Shown in pieces: positions 61,501 through 64,000 of a stretch of DNA of 64,000 nt (its first letter is position 1; every line of letters starts with the position of its first letter). This DNA is from Takakia lepidozioides (taxonomy: Eukaryota; Plantae; Bryophyta). Below the pieces are notes generated by a model that did not search any database, was not told the DNA's origin, and saw nothing but the letters and a program-made list of their open reading frames with translations. Position numbers and translations under genes: made by a program. Location of the stretch: assembly GCA_030704615.1 (NCBI GenBank), contig CM060734.1:10726001-10790000 (forward strand), written 5' to 3'.

Positions 61501-63875
61501 CTGCCCAACATCAATGCTGTGTTCTCCATGGCCACCAAGGGTTGTGCGCAGGCTTCTGCTGAGACCCAGCACAAAATCTGCCCCAAGGAGACTGTTGCTT
61601 GCAGATTTCAGTTCCCATGGTAAAATAGTCTTCGAAATAGGGCCTATGCTGCACAAAGTATTCCAGCTCAAAAGAAAGATATATCTCTCCACAATCAACT
61701 CCTCCACAATCTTGACAGTCTTGCCCCTCCAGATCTCAAGGACATCAATCAGAACCTGCGTGACCTCATCCAGATCCAAATGAAGAGTATTGAACCCTTG
61801 AAGATTTAAAGACCCACTAACATCAAACAGCTGCTGGGTACAAAGCTCATCCATAGCACGCTCCTCCCCAATACGGTTTTCGTCAGCAATGCTGCGTGCG
61901 ACCAGAGCTGCCCATGATTGCTGTGGACCATCATCCACTGCTAGATTCACAGTTGCCTCGGCCTGTTGAGGCCGTAAGTTGTTTTGAAAGTGCACCAACA
62001 ACCACCTTGGAAAAGAGTCAAAATGGAGAAGTAGGTACCTCAATGCCAAAACAAGTCTCGAGGCCAGTAGTGACCACAATGCCAAGGGGGTGCCAGGTGG
62101 CAGATGCCTCTCACTGTTACGAAGAGATTTAAAAGCTGCTAACAGGCTTTGTAGTATGGTAACTCGACCAGAAATGTCAGCAGAATGAAAAGCCATAAAA
62201 AGAACCTCCATGTGAAATAAAGATGGTAAAGCCCTTGCCACGGATAAGTCCACTACTTTCACAGCCCGAGATTTACTTATAATGAACTCTGCAAAACATT
62301 TCCAGACTTCAAAAATCAAAGGGTCATTAGGTGGATCAGCCCCTCTTCTGGTGGAGCGACTAATGAGCAATTTTGCAAAGAGAATGCAACTCTTTGCCGA
62401 GAGAGCACAGCCAAGATCTCCTTCCTTCAAAATCTGGCCAGCCAGATGCACTTCCAGAGCATCACATAGTGCATGCCTTACCACCAATGCATGGAGCAGA
62501 TCAAATGAGCCTTTATGCAGCTGAGCTAAGAGATCTGAGCTTGCATCTTCCGAGTCAACAACCTCAAAATTTGGTACATTTGGGTCGGCAAGGCTGGATG
62601 GCGAGAAGTGTATTTGCAATAACACGTCGAGGTGTTCATTTGATAGATGTCTACAGGCAATATCAAAAGTGGGTTGATGCCAAGTGGGACAAAACACACA
62701 ATCTTTCAGAAAAATCATCACTTGGTAGGCTGCTTGAAGAGGTGTGTTGTCAAGAGCATCAAGCTTCTTTGCTGATGAACAGGGTGGCAGAAGTCCCTCT
62801 GAATTCACAGAATGCCTACCCGACTCTGAAAATAGATCCCCGAAAAGGGCCTCATCTTCACTTGCCACAGTCACAGAATCCACTGATCCAACCACAGAAT
62901 CCTCTTCACTGTGGACAGACGATGCTGTTTCCATTACAGACCCCTCTTTAAGACCTTGAGCATGAAGCAAACCTGTAATAGCTACCAGGTTATCCAGCCA
63001 CTGCCCATCACTTGGGAACACAGTCTCCATGTGCTCCTGTGGACTCCGCACTTGACTCAAATCAAACAACTTTGACCGAAGCTGGCAAGCAGGCAACGAC
63101 TTTGTCAAACGAACACCGCCACCTAGACTGGAAACCCAGTCTTGGCCTACAGATTGCTGTTGAAACCTCCAAGATCTACATGCATGGACATCTTGAAGAA
63201 GTCCTAACAGGTGGCTTATGACGTGCGGTGAAAATGCCAACGGTAGCTGTTGGCTTGAAAGAGAAGCATCTTGCCTACACTTTCCCACTTCCAGTATGTT
63301 CAGCATGGAAGCAACAACAAATGTCCTCAGATTATAAAACGTGTTTGGCTCTGAGAGCATAATATCTGCCAGCTCAAGAGTCCCTTCAATCAACGTCGGC
63401 AATGAGTACCCCTGATTTGGGTCCATTACATTTTCAGGCTCCAGGCTGCTGAACTCATAGGTGTGCTTGAAAAATAATGGCAAGGTAGCAGCCAATTCCA
63501 CCAACTTTGACAAGACCTCGTCTTTCAAGACCCCAGAGACACATACCCTTGATAAAGCCACCAGGACGTTCAGCAGGCTAGATACAAGAGCAATCCTGCC
63601 CTGGAATAACCGGTCTTCTTCCTCATTAGTGATATTCCCAACACCACTCAGCAATGCTTGGCACACAGCTAAGAGACGCGGAACGCATTGAGCTTGGACC
63701 ACAGCAAACTTCTGGGCTGTAGTTACCATATTGCTAGCTGGCTTCAACACCATCTGAGCCCGTTGTGCTTCCAAACTACTGCTGAACTCATGTAGTGGCA
63801 GTTCCTCACTGACCAGAAATGCCAGTATGTTCCTTGGTGACCCAGCTGCCTCAAGGTTGCGAGGGGTACCCTCCT
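42610..63875 (-). CDS. BIG: Auxin transport protein BIG / UBR4-family E3 ubiquitin ligase (multi-exon, 5' end beyond window)
   Basis: UBR-box ([42 protein letters not shown]...FFCDCGAGG, ~59370-59590), ZZ zinc finger ([32 protein letters not shown], ~52810-52905), Cys-rich CRD (CPRCSR...[25 protein letters not shown]) and C-terminal UBR4 region ([10 protein letters not shown]...[14 protein letters not shown]). 14 exons total 15,116 nt (~5,037 codons) with consistent phases. Confidence 0.97.
43847..44350 (-). CDS. BIG: BIG exon (followed by a GC donor)
   Basis: GGCAG|GGC (GLGMRREV...[10 protein letters not shown]...LMYDIVM) to ATG|GCAAGT. Confidence 0.9.
44643..45019 (-). CDS. BIG: BIG exon
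   Basis: GTGCAG|CT ([10 protein letters not shown]...[16 protein letters not shown]...REELLE) to GAG|GTAAA; phase 1/0. Confidence 0.9.
45685..46300 (-). CDS. BIG: BIG exon
   Basis: GCAG|CAA (QLSDMEIM...[17 protein letters not shown]...[10 protein letters not shown]) to AAG|GTATG; phase 0/1. Confidence 0.9.
46536..46679 (-). CDS. BIG: BIG exon
   Basis: ACAG|GGA ([28 protein letters not shown]...) to CAG|GTAC; not in the ORF track. Confidence 0.9.
46781..46912 (-). CDS. BIG: BIG exon
   Basis: GCAG|GTG (VYEQVWKK...[11 protein letters not shown]) to CAG|GTATA. Confidence 0.9.
47079..47351 (-). CDS. BIG: BIG exon
   Basis: GCAG|TTC ([12 protein letters not shown]...[18 protein letters not shown]...LDLSVAQ) to CAG|GTAAG. 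Confidence 0.92.
47720..47942 (-). CDS. BIG: BIG exon
   Basis: TTTAG|G ([28 protein letters not shown]...) to GTG|GTATG; phase 2/0. Confidence 0.9.
48281..49170 (-). CDS. BIG: BIG exon
   Basis: TTCAG|GTG ([14 protein letters not shown]...ANIRAR) to GAG|GTGGG; phase 0/2. Confidence 0.92.
49328..53078 (-). CDS. BIG: BIG exon, 3.75 kb (ZZ finger and CRD)
   Basis: TTCAG|T ([12 protein letters not shown]...) to CAG|GTGGG; lies within the 1271-aa ORF; phase 2/0. Confidence 0.94.
53325..53568 (-). CDS. BIG: BIG exon
   Basis: TTGCAG|GT ([16 protein letters not shown]...EPVRTSC) to CAG|GTAC; phase 1/2. Confidence 0.9.
53720..54640 (-). mobile_element. 5'-truncated LINE remnant (RTEX/L2-like C-terminus) inside a BIG intron
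   Basis: [11 protein letters not shown] (~54555-54585) and zinc finger [22 protein letters not shown] (ORF 53921-54259); lies in intron 53569-55385. Confidence 0.75.
55386..55566 (-). CDS. BIG: BIG exon
   Basis: TTGCAG|GCC (AKDSMRL...NLASFLEHN) to ATG|GTATG; phase 0/1. Confidence 0.9.
55984..56607 (-). CDS. BIG: BIG exon
   Basis: TTGCAG|ATT ([21 protein letters not shown]...) to CAG|GTTTG; phase 0/0. Confidence 0.92.
57616..63875 (-). CDS. BIG: BIG exon, 6.26 kb (contains UBR-box and beta-propeller-like region)
   Basis: 2055-aa ORF; donor AAG|GTACTG at 57616/57615; acceptor after pyrimidine tract ...TTTTGAATAG at ~63876 (exact base uncertain by 2 nt). Confidence 0.93.
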
Positions 63876-64000
63876 CTATTCAAAAAGCACATGACAATAC
63901 AATAGACAATGTATTCAATTTCATGATAACCTCCTTGGCGCAGTAATATAGGACATGTTAATTAACCCTAACCTTGGAGCATTTAAAGTCACAGCATGCC

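Noticed and set aside
63873-64000. Possible upstream BIG exon end (AAG|GTTAGG at 63973) joined to a GAG acceptor, giving ACCDFKCSK|EGT
   Set aside because: With the natural TAG acceptor the phases give a stop, and a GAG acceptor is rare; it cannot be resolved at the window edge.

Overview
Eukaryotic land-plant genomic DNA, probably a non-seed plant such as a bryophyte or lycophyte, judging from the BIG sequence and TE content (an inference). The right third (42610 to the window edge) is the minus-strand gene for the ~5,000-aa auxin-transport/E3-ligase protein BIG (UBR4/DOC1/TIR3). I traced 14 exons whose phases are mutually consistent, including one GC-AG intron and a LINE remnant in one intron; the 5' end lies outside the window. 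The left two thirds (1-41.3 kb) are decayed, nested transposons: a solo-LTR-like element, an intact non-autonomous CACTA, a Mutator-type transposase pseudogene with GCM-like and SWIM zinc fingers, several Ty3/gypsy pieces, an L1-type LINE and a Dualen/RandI-like LINE. The most interesting signals are enzyme-like cargo in these elements: (i) a PCIF1/CAPAM-like N6-adenine methyltransferase-like domain upstream of RNase H and a restriction-like endonuclease in the LINE at 34.5-36.9 kb; (ii) a Pro-rich + SET-domain ORF at 22.1-23.0 kb; (iii) an OTU protease-like fragment at 33.8-34.0 kb. All domain calls come from motif recognition by eye; no searches were run.
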